From Methylotenera sp. (lineage in GTDB: Bacteria; Pseudomonadota; Gammaproteobacteria; Burkholderiales; Methylophilaceae), in NCBI GenBank assembly GCA_036675645.1, contig JAKFEP010000186.1:1-57355 (forward strand): a DNA stretch of 57,355 nt, in the 5' to 3' direction. Every line of letters starts with the position of its first letter. Positions within the stretch are counted from its first letter, which is position 1. The notes beneath the pieces were generated by a model. The model was given only the letters and a program-made list of their open reading frames with translations, searched no databases and had not been told where the DNA came from. Below, in pieces: positions 1-11,200 of this stretch. A program made the position numbers and the translations under genes.

Positions 1-650
1 TGCAAAAATTCGGCTTCTACTTCATATTCATGCATGCTTGGCTTAACAAAGCGCATGGCTCGATTGTGCGCAGCCGCTGCGATGTTGCCTGAAAGGCGCA
101 TGGTGGCTTGCTCATAGGGAGATTTAATTAAACGTTGTTTATCCACCAATTGGCGTACATCTAGAATCGCTTCTGGTGCGCTTACGCCAGTGCGCGCCAA
201 GTCCTTCACCTGATTCAACCAGCCAGTCATGCGCGCATCCCAAACGGCATCAATGCCTAAGCTGTAAAATAGTTTAGCTTGGTTACTTAAAAGCTTGGGT
301 AACATCTCATCTAATTGCTGCATGCTGTAGGCCGCGTCAAAACCAAACTGCGTTTTCGCCGCCTCTGGCCCAAATCGAAAACCATCCCAAATCTCGCGCT
401 CCATATCTTTATCGCGACAAAACAATATCGATTTTGGCTCAGATTTTTTATCGTTTGAACCAATCAGCACCAACACACTTTCGGGTTCGGTAAAGCCTGT
501 TAAATAATAAAAATAACTATCAAATCGGTAGGGATAATGACTGTCACGATTGCGTATCACTTCATTCGCGGTGGGGATAATGGCAATGCCCTCTCCCATA
601 CTTTTAAGCAATGTTTGCCTACGCTGTTGAAATTCTTTTAAATTCACCAT
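1..650 (-). CDS. pepP: Xaa-Pro aminopeptidase (N-terminal part; runs off window start)
   Basis: Manual translation from ATG at 650: MVNLKEFQQRRQTLLKSMGEGIAIIPTANEVIRNRDSHYPYRFDSYFYYLTGFTEPE, the typical aminopeptidase P N-terminus. Confidence 0.92.
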   Translation of the reverse strand, partial: MVNLKEFQQRRQTLLKSMGEGIAIIPTANEVIRNRDSHYPYRFDSYFYYLTGFTEPESVLVLIGSNDKKSEPKSILFCRDKDMEREIWDGFRFGPEAAKTQFGFDAAYSMQQLDEMLPKLLSNQAKLFYSLGIDAVWDARMTGWLNQVKDLARTGVSAPEAILDVRQLVDKQRLIKSPYEQATMRLSGNIAAAAHNRAMRFVKPSMHEYEVEAEFL

Positions 651-654
651 TTTA

Positions 655-1392
655 TTAACCGTAATTCAATAAACTTTCATCCAAGCTTTTTAGCCGTTCT
701 GGTGTGCCAATGTCGTGCCAAATTCCCTGATAATACTGGGCGGTAGCAGCATTATTTTCAATGGCATTGCGCAACAAAGGGGCCAATTTTGCAGGCTGAC
801 CTTTTACAATGTTCGCAAATAAATCAGGATGGTAAACACCCACGCCTGAAAAAGTCAGCATGCCACTGTTATTTTGGCCGCTCTCATTTTTTAACCTACC
901 TGCTTCTATGGCAAAATCTCCATTCGGGTGCTGTGGCGGATTATCCACCAACACCAAATGTGCCATGACATTTTTAATGTCTCCAGAATTATTTTCGGTC
1001 TGTTGGACTGCGTTAAAAAAGTTAATTGGGCTTTTAAAATCTATTTCTGTGTACACATCACCATTTACTACTAAAAATGGCTCTCTGCCATTGGTATTTT
1101 GGGTCAACAATTCTAGCGCATTGGCTATGCCGCCCGCCGTTTCCAATGCCACTTTTTCTGGGCTATACTGAATGGACAAGCCCCACTGTGCGCCGTTCCC
1201 TAATGCCTCCTCTATCTGCGCGCCCAAATGTGCATGATTAATGACAACATCCTTAAAGCCAGCGGCTGCTAATCGCTCGAGATGCCACACAATCAGTGGC
1301 TTACCGCCTACTTTAAGCAGGGGTTTTGGCCTATAGTCGGTGAGGGGCCTCATGCGCTCACCACGTCCCGCAGCTAATATCATCGCCTTCAT
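655..1392 (-). CDS. murU: N-acetylmuramate alpha-1-phosphate uridylyltransferase
   Basis: MKAMILAAGRGERMRPLT...PKPL nucleotidyltransferase motif; adjacent to amgK in the conserved amgK-murU/lptD arrangement. Confidence 0.9.
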   Translation of the reverse strand: MKAMILAAGRGERMRPLTDYRPKPLLKVGGKPLIVWHLERLAAAGFKDVVINHAHLGAQIEEALGNGAQWGLSIQYSPEKVALETAGGIANALELLTQNTNGREPFLVVNGDVYTEIDFKSPINFFNAVQQTENNSGDIKNVMAHLVLVDNPPQHPNGDFAIEAGRLKNESGQNNSGMLTFSGVGVYHPDLFANIVKGQPAKLAPLLRNAIENNAATAQYYQGIWHDIGTPERLKSLDESLLNYG

Positions 1393-1511
1393 AAACTATT
1401 TTTATGGGCGACTCGCTTCGTTGCGTGCTCGCTCATTCCTCGCCTATAAACAACATATGTCTTCGTCATTTGCTCCGCGGCGCCTTGCGCCTCATCCCAT
1501 AAAAATAGTTT
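1393..1511. repeat. 119-bp palindromic element with perfect 16-bp terminal inverted repeats (MITE/REP-like)
   Basis: AAACTATTTTTATGGG (1393-1408) and CCCATAAAAATAGTTT (1496-1511) are exact reverse complements; the interior is partly self-complementary. Confidence 0.75.
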
Positions 1512-1526
1512 GGCTTAATAAAAAAT

Positions 1527-2537
1527 CTATACCACGTATTTCGGCCGCGGTACGCGACCCTCTAACGCATCTAACAGCCTTAGCATCGGTCGCAACTCTA
1601 CATAACGCTCACATACTTTACGCAAATAGTGCAGCACCAATGGCATATCATCTAAGTAGCCATTTTTGCCATCGCGGTGGCTCAAGCGCGCAAAAATACC
1701 CAGTATCTTAATGTGTCGCTGGGCGCCCATCCATTCAAAATCTCGGTAAAACTCGCTAAAGTCATTTGGTACTGGTAGTTTTGATTTGCGCGCTTTTTCC
1801 CAATAACGCACGGCCAAGTCAATGATTTTCTCTTCATCCCACTGAATATAAGCATCTTTGAGCAAAGACACTAAATCGTAAGTAATCGCACCATATACTG
1901 CGTCTTGAAAATCTAATACACCAGGATTATTTTCTTCTGTAACCATCAGGTTTCGCGAATGATAATCGCGATGCACATACACTTGGCCTTGGGCAAGAAT
2001 ATTTTTATTGAGCAATTCAAACGTGTGATTGAGTGCAGTTTGTTGCTCCGCATTCAGCTCAAATTTCAAATGCTTGGCCACATACCAATCTGGGAATAAT
2101 TGCATCTCGCGCGTTAACAAAGCCGCATCGTAATTGGGCAAAATATTTGGCTTGCTGGCCAATTGCAGTTTAATCAGCGCGTCAGTGGCATCGCCATACA
2201 TTTTTTGCGCTGTTTTAGGATTAAGTGCGTTTAAGTAAGTATCGTCGCCCAAATCGGTAAGCAATAAAAAACCGTTGGTTAAATCCTGTGCCAATACTTG
2301 CGGTACATTTAACCCTGCTGCCAAAAATAAATTAGCTATATTGACAAACGGCGTGCAGTCTTCTTGTGGCGGCGGCGCGTCCATAGCAATGAGTGTCTGA
2401 TGCCCTTTAAATGCATGCGCCAAATGCACTCTAAAATAACGTCTAAAGCTGGCGTCTGCTGAGGCAGTGGTAAGCGTAAATGTTTGTGCGATTAATGCTT
2501 GTTTAAGCCAAGTTTCTAATTGGTTTTTTCTATCCAT
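1527..2537 (-). CDS. amgK: Anomeric MurNAc/GlcNAc kinase (APH-like phosphotransferase)
   Basis: ASADASFRRYFR, MDAPP, HRDYHSRNL, LDFQDA motifs; synteny with murU and lptD. Confidence 0.9.
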   Translation of the reverse strand: MDRKNQLETWLKQALIAQTFTLTTASADASFRRYFRVHLAHAFKGHQTLIAMDAPPPQEDCTPFVNIANLFLAAGLNVPQVLAQDLTNGFLLLTDLGDDTYLNALNPKTAQKMYGDATDALIKLQLASKPNILPNYDAALLTREMQLFPDWYVAKHLKFELNAEQQTALNHTFELLNKNILAQGQVYVHRDYHSRNLMVTEENNPGVLDFQDAVYGAITYDLVSLLKDAYIQWDEEKIIDLAVRYWEKARKSKLPVPNDFSEFYRDFEWMGAQRHIKILGIFARLSHRDGKNGYLDDMPLVLHYLRKVCERYVELRPMLRLLDALEGRVPRPKYVV

Positions 2538-2672
2538 ATTAATTATTGCGACTGCCAGCCTTTATAATGTTGTTAGTTCAAGCAAGTTTTTGCTTGATTA
2601 GCACTTGCATGTATGCGATTTTAGCATTCATGCGTAAAATACATACCTTAAATCATTTTTAGCCTATTTGCA

Positions 2673-5120
2673 TTGCACAACGCCCGTTTGAACATTCATT
2701 TTGCAAAATTAGTTTTTGCGGCATTGGCTAGCAGTTGTTTGCTGGGCTTCAGTGTTATTTCATCCGCAGAAACTTCAAGCGCAGCGTTAAAACTGAGCAC
2801 AGAGTTATCAACCATTCCTGAAACCATCCAACCCGAGGCTTTGCCAGGCGCCATAGAAATTGAGGGCGATAAGCTGGATTTATACCTGGATCGTAAAATG
2901 CGGGCTACGGGGAATGCAGTGATTAGCAAGGGTGAACAAAAAATATATGGCGATAAAATCGAATATGACGTGCAAAATGACGAGCTTACAGTAGACGGCA
3001 ATGCCCGCATTGATATGGGAGATAGTGAATTGCGTGGCCCTGCGCTCAAAATGCAGCTGAGTGAGAGCATCGGTGAAATGCGTGATGCATCAGTCACACT
3101 AGTAAGGCCCTCAAATCGCAATGAAAATAATAACGTGCGCGACGAGCCTAGTGAGTACACGCAATCCAAGTTGCTGAATGCACAAACTACATTAACTGAT
3201 AACCCACGCTTGTATCAAGACAATTACCGCGAACCCGCAACGCCGATTGGACAAGCATCCATAGACCCAAAATTCAATTCGTCGCGCGGCGACGCCAAAG
3301 CCATATTTTTTGAAGGCCAAGATAAAAAACGGCTCGTCGGTGCGCGCTATACCACCTGCGAACCTGGCGTGGATGATTGGTATATTAAGGCCGGAGAAAT
3401 CGAGTTGGACGACTACACGCAATCTGGCACCGCAAAAAATGCCCGCGTTGAGTTTAAGGGCGTGCCATTCCTATATACGCCCTGGATGACCTTTTCATTT
3501 AATAACGAGCGCAAGTCTGGTTTACTGACACCCACGGTGGGTACTACCAGCCGAAGCGGTTTTGAAACACTGATCCCCTACTACATTAACATTGCTCCGG
3601 ACATGGATGCGACGGTCGGTGTACGTTATCTCAGTAAACGCGGTGCACAGTTGCAAGGTGAGTTTAGGTACTTGGACGAGAATTACTCAGGGATTAACAA
3701 CATAGAGTATCTAAATGATGATAGCTTGAGTGGCGGACAACGTTATTACGCCAACATTAGCCACCGACATAACTTAGGTGCTGGCTGGTCTGCGGGTTAT
3801 AACATCGAAAAAGTGTCCGATGACGAATATTTTTCAGAGATGTCTACGCGCATTACCAGCACCAGCCGCGTCAATCTGCCGCAACAGGGTCGCGTCGATT
3901 ACACCGGTGACGTGTGGCAATTCAGCGCCTTGGCGCAAAAATATCAAACATTAGATGATACCAACTTCCCCTACGAGCGATTGCCTCAGTTGACATTAAC
4001 TGCGGATAAAGAGTGGGATTACTTTGACACTGAGCTATATAGCGAGTGGACCTATTTTGATCGCAACCGAGATGCGCCTGTTACCGCTACAGGAAGCCGC
4101 CTCACAGTTTACCCGAGTATAAGCGTACCATTGATGCAATCGTATGGTTACATCACCCCTAAGTTTGGCGTGCATGCGACCAATTACCGCCTCAATGACA
4201 ATAATTTTAGTATTGGTGGCAGCACTTTCAGCAATAATTCTGATAACCGTACTTTACCTATTTTTAGCGTTGACAGCGGCCTGTTTTTTGAGCGCGACGT
4301 CAGTATCGTCAAAAATAAATATACGCAAACTTTTGAACCGCGAATATTTTATGTGTATATTCCTGATAAAAATCAAGATCGTTTACCCGTGTTTGATACT
4401 GCCTTGGCAGATCTCAACATGACGACATTGTTTAGCGAAAACCAATTTACTGGCAACGATCGAATCAATAATGCCAACCAGCTTAGCCTGGCATTTACCA
4501 CCCGTATGATTGACCAAGACAGTGGCGCAGAGCGCATTGCCGCTACCATTGGTCAACGTTATTATTTTGATGACCAAAATGTCACCTTACCTGGCAGTAT
4601 TGCCTCCAAAGATAACTCATCAGATATCATCGCAGCATTAACCGCAAGACTCTCAAACAAATGGAATCTTGATGCATTTTGGCAATACAACACTGATGAG
4701 TCGGACATCGTGCGTGGCAATCTCCTGGCGCGCTATAACCCGGAGCCGGGTAAGCTACTCAATGTAGGTTACCGCTATACTCAGGAGTTTCTGGAGCAGG
4801 TCAACATTTCTGGCCAGTGGCCGTTAAGCCGTGGTTGGTATGGTGTAGGGCGCTTTAATTACTCCATCAAAGAAAAAACGCTGATTGAAAGCTTGGCGGG
4901 TCTAGAATACGACGCTGGCTGCTGGCAAGCACGTACCGTGATACAGCGCGTAGAAACTGCAACTGCAGACGCAAACTATGGTCTATTCTTTCAGCTAGAA
5001 CTTGGCGGCTTAGCTTCCATTGGCTCTAACCCGCTTAACTTGCTCAGACGCGATATTCCTGGCTACTTAAGCAGCAGCGAGATTCCCACTAATTACAGGC
5101 AACAAAATTACTACCCATGA
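2673..5120 (+). CDS. lptD: LPS-assembly outer membrane protein LptD
   Basis: 815 aa, signal peptide, [27 protein letters not shown]; first gene of lptD-surA-pdxA-rsmA. Confidence 0.95.
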   Translation: MHNARLNIHFAKLVFAALASSCLLGFSVISSAETSSAALKLSTELSTIPETIQPEALPGAIEIEGDKLDLYLDRKMRATGNAVISKGEQKIYGDKIEYDVQNDELTVDGNARIDMGDSELRGPALKMQLSESIGEMRDASVTLVRPSNRNENNNVRDEPSEYTQSKLLNAQTTLTDNPRLYQDNYREPATPIGQASIDPKFNSSRGDAKAIFFEGQDKKRLVGARYTTCEPGVDDWYIKAGEIELDDYTQSGTAKNARVEFKGVPFLYTPWMTFSFNNERKSGLLTPTVGTTSRSGFETLIPYYINIAPDMDATVGVRYLSKRGAQLQGEFRYLDENYSGINNIEYLNDDSLSGGQRYYANISHRHNLGAGWSAGYNIEKVSDDEYFSEMSTRITSTSRVNLPQQGRVDYTGDVWQFSALAQKYQTLDDTNFPYERLPQLTLTADKEWDYFDTELYSEWTYFDRNRDAPVTATGSRLTVYPSISVPLMQSYGYITPKFGVHATNYRLNDNNFSIGGSTFSNNSDNRTLPIFSVDSGLFFERDVSIVKNKYTQTFEPRIFYVYIPDKNQDRLPVFDTALADLNMTTLFSENQFTGNDRINNANQLSLAFTTRMIDQDSGAERIAATIGQRYYFDDQNVTLPGSIASKDNSSDIIAALTARLSNKWNLDAFWQYNTDESDIVRGNLLARYNPEPGKLLNVGYRYTQEFLEQVNISGQWPLSRGWYGVGRFNYSIKEKTLIESLAGLEYDAGCWQARTVIQRVETATADANYGLFFQLELGGLASIGSNPLNLLRRDIPGYLSSSEIPTNYRQQNYYP

Positions 5121-6439
5121 AATTATATTTTAGATTATTGATTATATTAGTTTTTTCAGCATCGCTAATGGCTAATGCGGGCGAGTCTGCCCCAGTAAAA
5201 AAGCCCAATGAAATCGTTAAGATGGATCGCATCATTGCCATCGTAGACCAAGGCGTGATTACGGAACAGGAGCTAATTGACCGTACCCGTACCGTAAAAG
5301 ACCAGTTGGAAAAGCAAGGCACGCCAGTGCCATCCGATAGCGTTTTAGAAAGACAGGTATTAGAGCGGCTCATTGCAGATAGTTTACAGTTACAACTGGC
5401 CGCACAAACAGGGATTAAAATCGACGATACTCAGTTGGACAAAACCATTGAGCGCATTGCCGCACAAAACAAAATGAGTGTAGATGAGTTTAAAGATGTC
5501 CTAGAAAAAGATGGCATTCCATTACGCAAGTTTCGCGAAGATATTCGTAGCGAAATTACCATTGCCAGAGTGCGTGAACGCGAGGTAGATAATAAGCTGA
5601 ATATTTCTGAAGGGGAAATCGACAATTACTTAACTACGCAAGCCAACCGCGGCGAAGAACAAGACGAATTTGAAATCTCGCATATTTTAATTCGCACCCC
5701 CGAGGATGCTAGCCCTGAAGACCTGGAAAAAGCCAAAACCAAAACCCAGGAAGCCTTGAAACAATTGGCTGATGGCATCAGTTTCTCAGAAGTTTCTGCG
5801 AGCCTGTCAGATGCTCCAAATGCATTAGAAGGGGGTGGCATGGGTTGGCGTAGCGGCGCTCAGCTACCTGCAGTGTTTCTGGAAATGCTTAAACCGATGC
5901 AAAAAGGCGAGGTTTCAAAACCAATCCGTAGTCCCAATGGTTTCCATATTTTAAAAGTCACAGATCGTCGTGGCGGCACCTCGTCGCTCGTGATTGGTCA
6001 AACGCATGCGCGGCATATTCTGATTAAACTTACCGAAGTGGTCTCAGAAATAGAAGCCAAACGAAAAATAGACACCATCAAAGAGCGTTTAGATAATGGT
6101 GGTAAATTCGAAGAATTAGCACGTCAATACTCAGAGGACGGTAGCGCAAACAATGGGGGCGATCTGGGCTGGGTAAACCCGGGAGATACCGTGCCTCCAT
6201 TCGAAAAGGCCATGAATGAACTAGGCTTGGGTGAAATAAGCGAACCTGTGCTGTCACCCTTTGGCTGGCATGTGATACAAGTTATCGAGCGCAGGCAACA
6301 AGACATGACCAAAGAAGCTTCACGTCTCAAGGCACGTCAGGAAATTCGTGTGCGCAAAGCTGAAGAAGCTTATCAGGATTGGATACGTGAAATGCGTGAC
6401 CGTGCATTTGTTGAGCTTCGTTTAGAAGATAAGTTTTAA
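5117..6439 (+). CDS. surA: Periplasmic chaperone/PPIase SurA
   Basis: DRIIAIVD N-domain, two parvulin domains (HILI...GFHI; HILI...GGDLGW...FGWH); ATGA overlap with lptD. Confidence 0.95.
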   Translation: MKLYFRLLIILVFSASLMANAGESAPVKKPNEIVKMDRIIAIVDQGVITEQELIDRTRTVKDQLEKQGTPVPSDSVLERQVLERLIADSLQLQLAAQTGIKIDDTQLDKTIERIAAQNKMSVDEFKDVLEKDGIPLRKFREDIRSEITIARVREREVDNKLNISEGEIDNYLTTQANRGEEQDEFEISHILIRTPEDASPEDLEKAKTKTQEALKQLADGISFSEVSASLSDAPNALEGGGMGWRSGAQLPAVFLEMLKPMQKGEVSKPIRSPNGFHILKVTDRRGGTSSLVIGQTHARHILIKLTEVVSEIEAKRKIDTIKERLDNGGKFEELARQYSEDGSANNGGDLGWVNPGDTVPPFEKAMNELGLGEISEPVLSPFGWHVIQVIERRQQDMTKEASRLKARQEIRVRKAEEAYQDWIREMRDRAFVELRLEDKF

Positions 6440-6471
6440 TTTTACTGACTAATTTTCTCTAGGCTTTAATT

Positions 6472-7491
6472 CTGTCTATACCGCGCATAGCAATCACCTC
6501 TGGCGAGCCGGCTGGTATTGGCCCAGATATCTGTGTGTTATTGGCACAAGAGGATATTGCAGCTGACATTACAGTGATTGGTGATGCAAATATGTTGTTG
6601 CAACGTGCGCAACAACTCAATATTGATGTCAATATCCACGCCTACGAAGCGACACAAACCCCTCAAAAGCACCAAAAAAACAGTTTAAAAGTACTGCATA
6701 TTCCCACTGCCGCAGCTGTGTGTGCCGGCAGCTTAAACCCTGCAAATAGTCTCTATGTATTAAATACACTGACTTGTGCGATTGATGGCTGCACCAGCGG
6801 CGCTTTCGATGCCATCGTTACCGCTCCTGTGCACAAGGGTGTGATTAATGATGCAGGTATACCGTTTACTGGCCATACTGAGTTTTTGGCAGAGCATACG
6901 CAAACCAAAAATGTAGTCATGATGTTAGTCGGTGGCCAAGGTAAGAATAAATTACGGGTTGCACTGGCAACTATTCATTTAGCCCTTAAAGATGTGCCTA
7001 ATGCGATTACCCAAGAAAATCTAGAAACGACCATCCGTATTTTACATGCAGATTTAATCCAAAAATTTGGCTTTGCAAACCCCCGTATTCTGGTGGCTGG
7101 CCTTAATCCACATGCTGGCGAAGATGGTTACCTGGGGCGTGAAGAAATTGAAACGATTAACCCCGTATTAAATAAATTGCGCTCGCAAGGTATACAGCTT
7201 ATCGGCGCCCTACCCGCTGACACTTTATTCACACCAAAACACTTAAACCATGCCGATGCCGTACTGGCTATGTACCATGATCAAGGTTTGCCAGTGTTGA
7301 AGCACGTTAGCTTTGGTGCTGGCGTCAATGTGACGCTAGGCTTGCCGATTATTCGTACCTCAGTTGATCATGGCACGGCATTGGACTTGGCTGGAAAAGG
7401 CAATATTGAGATTGGCAGCATGCAAGCTGCACTTAATTTGGCGATTGATTTAGTGCATAAATCTCAAACAAAAAAAGCAAAAATAATATGA
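6472..7491 (+). CDS. pdxA: 4-hydroxythreonine-4-phosphate dehydrogenase (probable non-canonical start CTG 6472 or ATT 6469)
   Basis: Conserved RIAITSGEPAGIGPD lies in frame upstream of the track start 6535; also FTGHTEF, GLNPHAGE, MYHDQGL, RTSVDHGTA. Confidence 0.9.
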   Translation: MSIPRIAITSGEPAGIGPDICVLLAQEDIAADITVIGDANMLLQRAQQLNIDVNIHAYEATQTPQKHQKNSLKVLHIPTAAAVCAGSLNPANSLYVLNTLTCAIDGCTSGAFDAIVTAPVHKGVINDAGIPFTGHTEFLAEHTQTKNVVMMLVGGQGKNKLRVALATIHLALKDVPNAITQENLETTIRILHADLIQKFGFANPRILVAGLNPHAGEDGYLGREEIETINPVLNKLRSQGIQLIGALPADTLFTPKHLNHADAVLAMYHDQGLPVLKHVSFGAGVNVTLGLPIIRTSVDHGTALDLAGKGNIEIGSMQAALNLAIDLVHKSQTKKAKII

Positions 7492-8255
7492 GGCATGTGG
7501 CTAAAAAACGCTTCGGGCAAAACTTCTTAACCGACCAAGCCATTATCGCTAGTCTAATAGATGCTATCAACCCCAAAAAAGTTGAAACCATTGTTGAAAT
7601 CGGTCCAGGTCTAGGCGCACTCACCAAGCCGCTTATCAAAAAAATCGACCATCTACATGTAGTGGAAATTGATCGTGACATTGTGAGCTGGATGCAAAAA
7701 GAGTACATCAGCAACAGCATCACTATTCACAATGTGGATGCACTCAAATTTGACTTTGGCCAATTGGGTAACCATTTACGTGTTACCGGGAACCTGCCCT
7801 ATAACATTTCAACCCCTATTTTGTTTCACCTGCTAGACAACCTTGCACACATTGTAGATATGCATTTTATGCTGCAAAAAGAAGTGGTAGAGCGTATGGT
7901 AGCCATGCCTTCAACCCCAGCCTATGGGCGACTTTCAGTCATGTTGCAATATCATTTAAATATGGAATATCTAATCACTGTACCGCCTGAAGCATTTGAA
8001 CCTGCACCTAAAGTGGAGTCTGCTTTTGTGCGTTGTGTGCCTCACGCGGTAAAACCCTATATTGCACAAGATTACGATTTATTTTACAAAGTTGTGCTGG
8101 CCGCTTTTGGACAGCGCCGTAAAACGATTCGCAACACCTTAAAAGATTTTTTAAACGATCAAGATTTCGCACAATTAAATTTAAATGCACAACTTCGCGC
8201 AGAAAATCTAACAGTAAAAGATTTCGTGCAAATCAGTAATTTCTGTAAAAAATGA
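7488..8255 (+). CDS. rsmA: 16S rRNA m6,2A1518/1519 dimethyltransferase (KsgA)
   Basis: KKRFGQNFL, EIGPGLGALT, GNLPYNIST, QRRKT motifs. Confidence 0.97.
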   Translation: MRHVAKKRFGQNFLTDQAIIASLIDAINPKKVETIVEIGPGLGALTKPLIKKIDHLHVVEIDRDIVSWMQKEYISNSITIHNVDALKFDFGQLGNHLRVTGNLPYNISTPILFHLLDNLAHIVDMHFMLQKEVVERMVAMPSTPAYGRLSVMLQYHLNMEYLITVPPEAFEPAPKVESAFVRCVPHAVKPYIAQDYDLFYKVVLAAFGQRRKTIRNTLKDFLNDQDFAQLNLNAQLRAENLTVKDFVQISNFCKK

Positions 8256-8297
8256 TTGGATGATTAAAGTCCATCTAGCAGGTCGACAATAAGCCGT

Positions 8298-11200
8298 TTA
8301 TAGATTGACTAGGACGTTATGTTCTTTTCTATCATCTGTAAGTGGGATAGTGCAAGCTATCGCTGCATTAGTCTTATCCACTTGACCATTAACTACTACA
8401 TCATCTAATACAACACGCGGCAAGTCAGCTAATTTCTCTTGATTAGTATTAATGGTGATGTGATACAGAGTATCGCGATAGCGATAATGTATCTTGTAAG
8501 ACTGCCAATGTTTAGGTACACATGGCGCAATATGTAACTGGTCATTTTCCAAGGTGATACCCAATAAGGTTTCCAGTGTCAATCGATACATCCACCCTGC
8601 GGCTCCGGTATACCAAGTCCAGCCACCACGACCTGTGTGTGGTGCTGTGGCATAAATATCTGCACTCATCACATAAGGCTCTACTTTGTAAGTTTGTATT
8701 TGTTCTGCAGTGCCAGCATGGTGAATTGGATTTAACATGCCATATAACTCCCAAGCACGTTCATGGTCGCCTTGCATGGCAAATGCCATGGTTGTCCAGA
8801 TCGCAGCATGGGTATACTGACCGCCATTTTCACGCACACCAGGCACATAGCCTTTAATATAGCCAGGTTCTAATTGGGATTGATCAAACGGTGGATCCAG
8901 CAATTTAATCAACTGTGCATCCCGTTGTACTAAACGTTGGTTGACAGCGGCCATCGCTTGTTTGGCGCGCTCAGGGTTGCCTGATTTGGAAATCACCGAC
9001 CAACTCTGGCTAATAGAATCGATTTGACACTCATCATTTTCTTTTGAGCCTAAAGGCGTGCCATCATCAAAATATGCGCGCCTATACCATTCACCATCCC
9101 ATGCGTTGGTTTCAATATTGCCTTTTAAAAGCGCCGCTTGCGTCGTACAGACTTCGGCAAATTGTTCATCGCCTTTATTGTGTGCAATCATATTAAATAA
9201 ATTCAGGTTTTCAACCAGGAACCAAGCCAGCCATACACTCTCACCTTTGCCATCACGGCCGATTAGATTCATGCCATCGTTCCAGTCACCGCAACCAATC
9301 AGCGGCAATTGATGTGCGCCAAAGCGCAAGCCGTATTTAACAGCCCTTACGCAATGTTCGTATAAACTGGCTGATTCATGAGAGCGTTGCGGTAAATCAT
9401 AATAGGCTTCTTCAAATTGATTTAAGCTACGACCTTCCAGAAAATGTACCTGCTCATCCAATACGGCTGTATCGCCCGTAGCCACAACATACCGGCAAGT
9501 TGCGTAAACTAGCCATAAATAATCATCTGAAAAATGGGTACGCACGCCTTGCCCGTTTGGTGGATGCCACCAATGTTGCACGTCACCTTGCGGGAATTGA
9601 CGTTCGGCACAACGAAGAATTTGCTCGCGCATTAGCCAAGGTGTTGCGTGAACCAAGGCCATGGTATCTTGTAATTGATCGCGGAAACCGTAGGCACCGC
9701 CTGATTGGTAATAGCCGCTACGTCCCCACAACCTGCATGAAATCGTCTGATAGATGAGCCAACCATTACTGAGTACATTTAAGGCTGCATCTGGCGTTTC
9801 TACCTGCACTGCGCCTAATGTGTGATTCCAGTATTCGTATACAGCGTCTAACGCTTGCCTTGCGCCTGCACGCCCGCTAAAACGTTGCAGGTAGTGACGT
9901 GCTTCGTCGGCATTATTGGCTGCACCAAACACAAATACAAATTCCCGCTCCCCATCCTCGTGCAAGGTAATCGATGTCTGCAAGGCAGCACATGGGTCTA
10001 AGCCTGCGCCAGTTCTACCTGATAAGCGCTTGCGATACATCGCCGCCGGGCTTGCTAATGAGCCATTCCTTCCAATAAATTCAGTACGGTTGCCGCTTAA
10101 ATTCAATTCTTTTTCATTGAGCTGGGCAAACACCACACGGTTTGCAAACTCGCGGCTATACGCATTATGTGCAAACAGTGCGCCCGTCTGTGCATCAACT
10201 TCAGACACAATATGCATTAAGTTAGCGTGTCGCCATTCGCCTAGCACTAGCTCCCAGTAGCCCGTCAGCGATAATTGACGGATGCGATTAGACAAATTCC
10301 GCAATTTAATCACTACAAACTTAACGGGTGCGTCCATGGCTACATAAGTGGTCATCTCTGAGCTGATGCCGGCTTCATGATGTTCAAAGACACTATAACC
10401 AAAGCCGTGGCGACACACATAGTCACTTTCATCTAAGGATGCTGTACAGGCAGGCAAAGGTGTTGGTGACCAAAAAACGCCTGTTTCGTCATCTCTAATA
10501 TATTGTGCTTCGCCACTGCTATCGGATAACGCATCGTTATGCCAAGTAGTCAGGCGGAATTCATGCGCGTTTTCTACCCAGGTATAAGCACTACCACTCT
10601 CAGACACCACGGTCCCGATGTGTGGGCTGGCAATGACATTCACCCATGGCGCAGGTGTGGTTTGTCCGTTTCTTAAGGTAATCACATATTCACGACCATC
10701 TGTCGTAAAGCCGCCAATGCCATTGTCGAAAATAAGCGTGCGCTTAGGCAGCGGCACATAGCGTTGCGGGTAGGCTTGAAGAAAAGGTTCTAACCTTTCA
10801 GATGCACGTTCAGTCATGCGCTCGGTTGCGACGCGACGTTCAACTTGTTCAATCAAGTTTTCACCACTATCGGTAAATACGACCCGAGCAACGGTTTGAA
10901 ATAATACGCGCGCTTCCTCAGACAACTCTTCGACCCGCTTTATAAACACGCCCCCTGGTTTATCCATGGTTTGTGCTTCAGCTCCTGCATTAATCAAGCC
11001 GATAATTTGATCCTGTAAAACGGCTCGATATCCTGAAAAATCTTCATTAATGATGACTAAATCGACAATTAATCCATTCATGCGCCAATAGGTATGGGCC
11101 TGCAGTAACTGCTTAACTAAGTTAATGCGATTTATGTCACCAATCCGGATAAGCACAATCGGCAAATCACCAGAAACACCAAACCGCCAAAGCCCGGATT

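Noticed and set aside
1340-1711. 123-aa plus-strand ORF
   Set aside because: Antisense to murU and amgK and spans the palindromic element; no recognisable protein features
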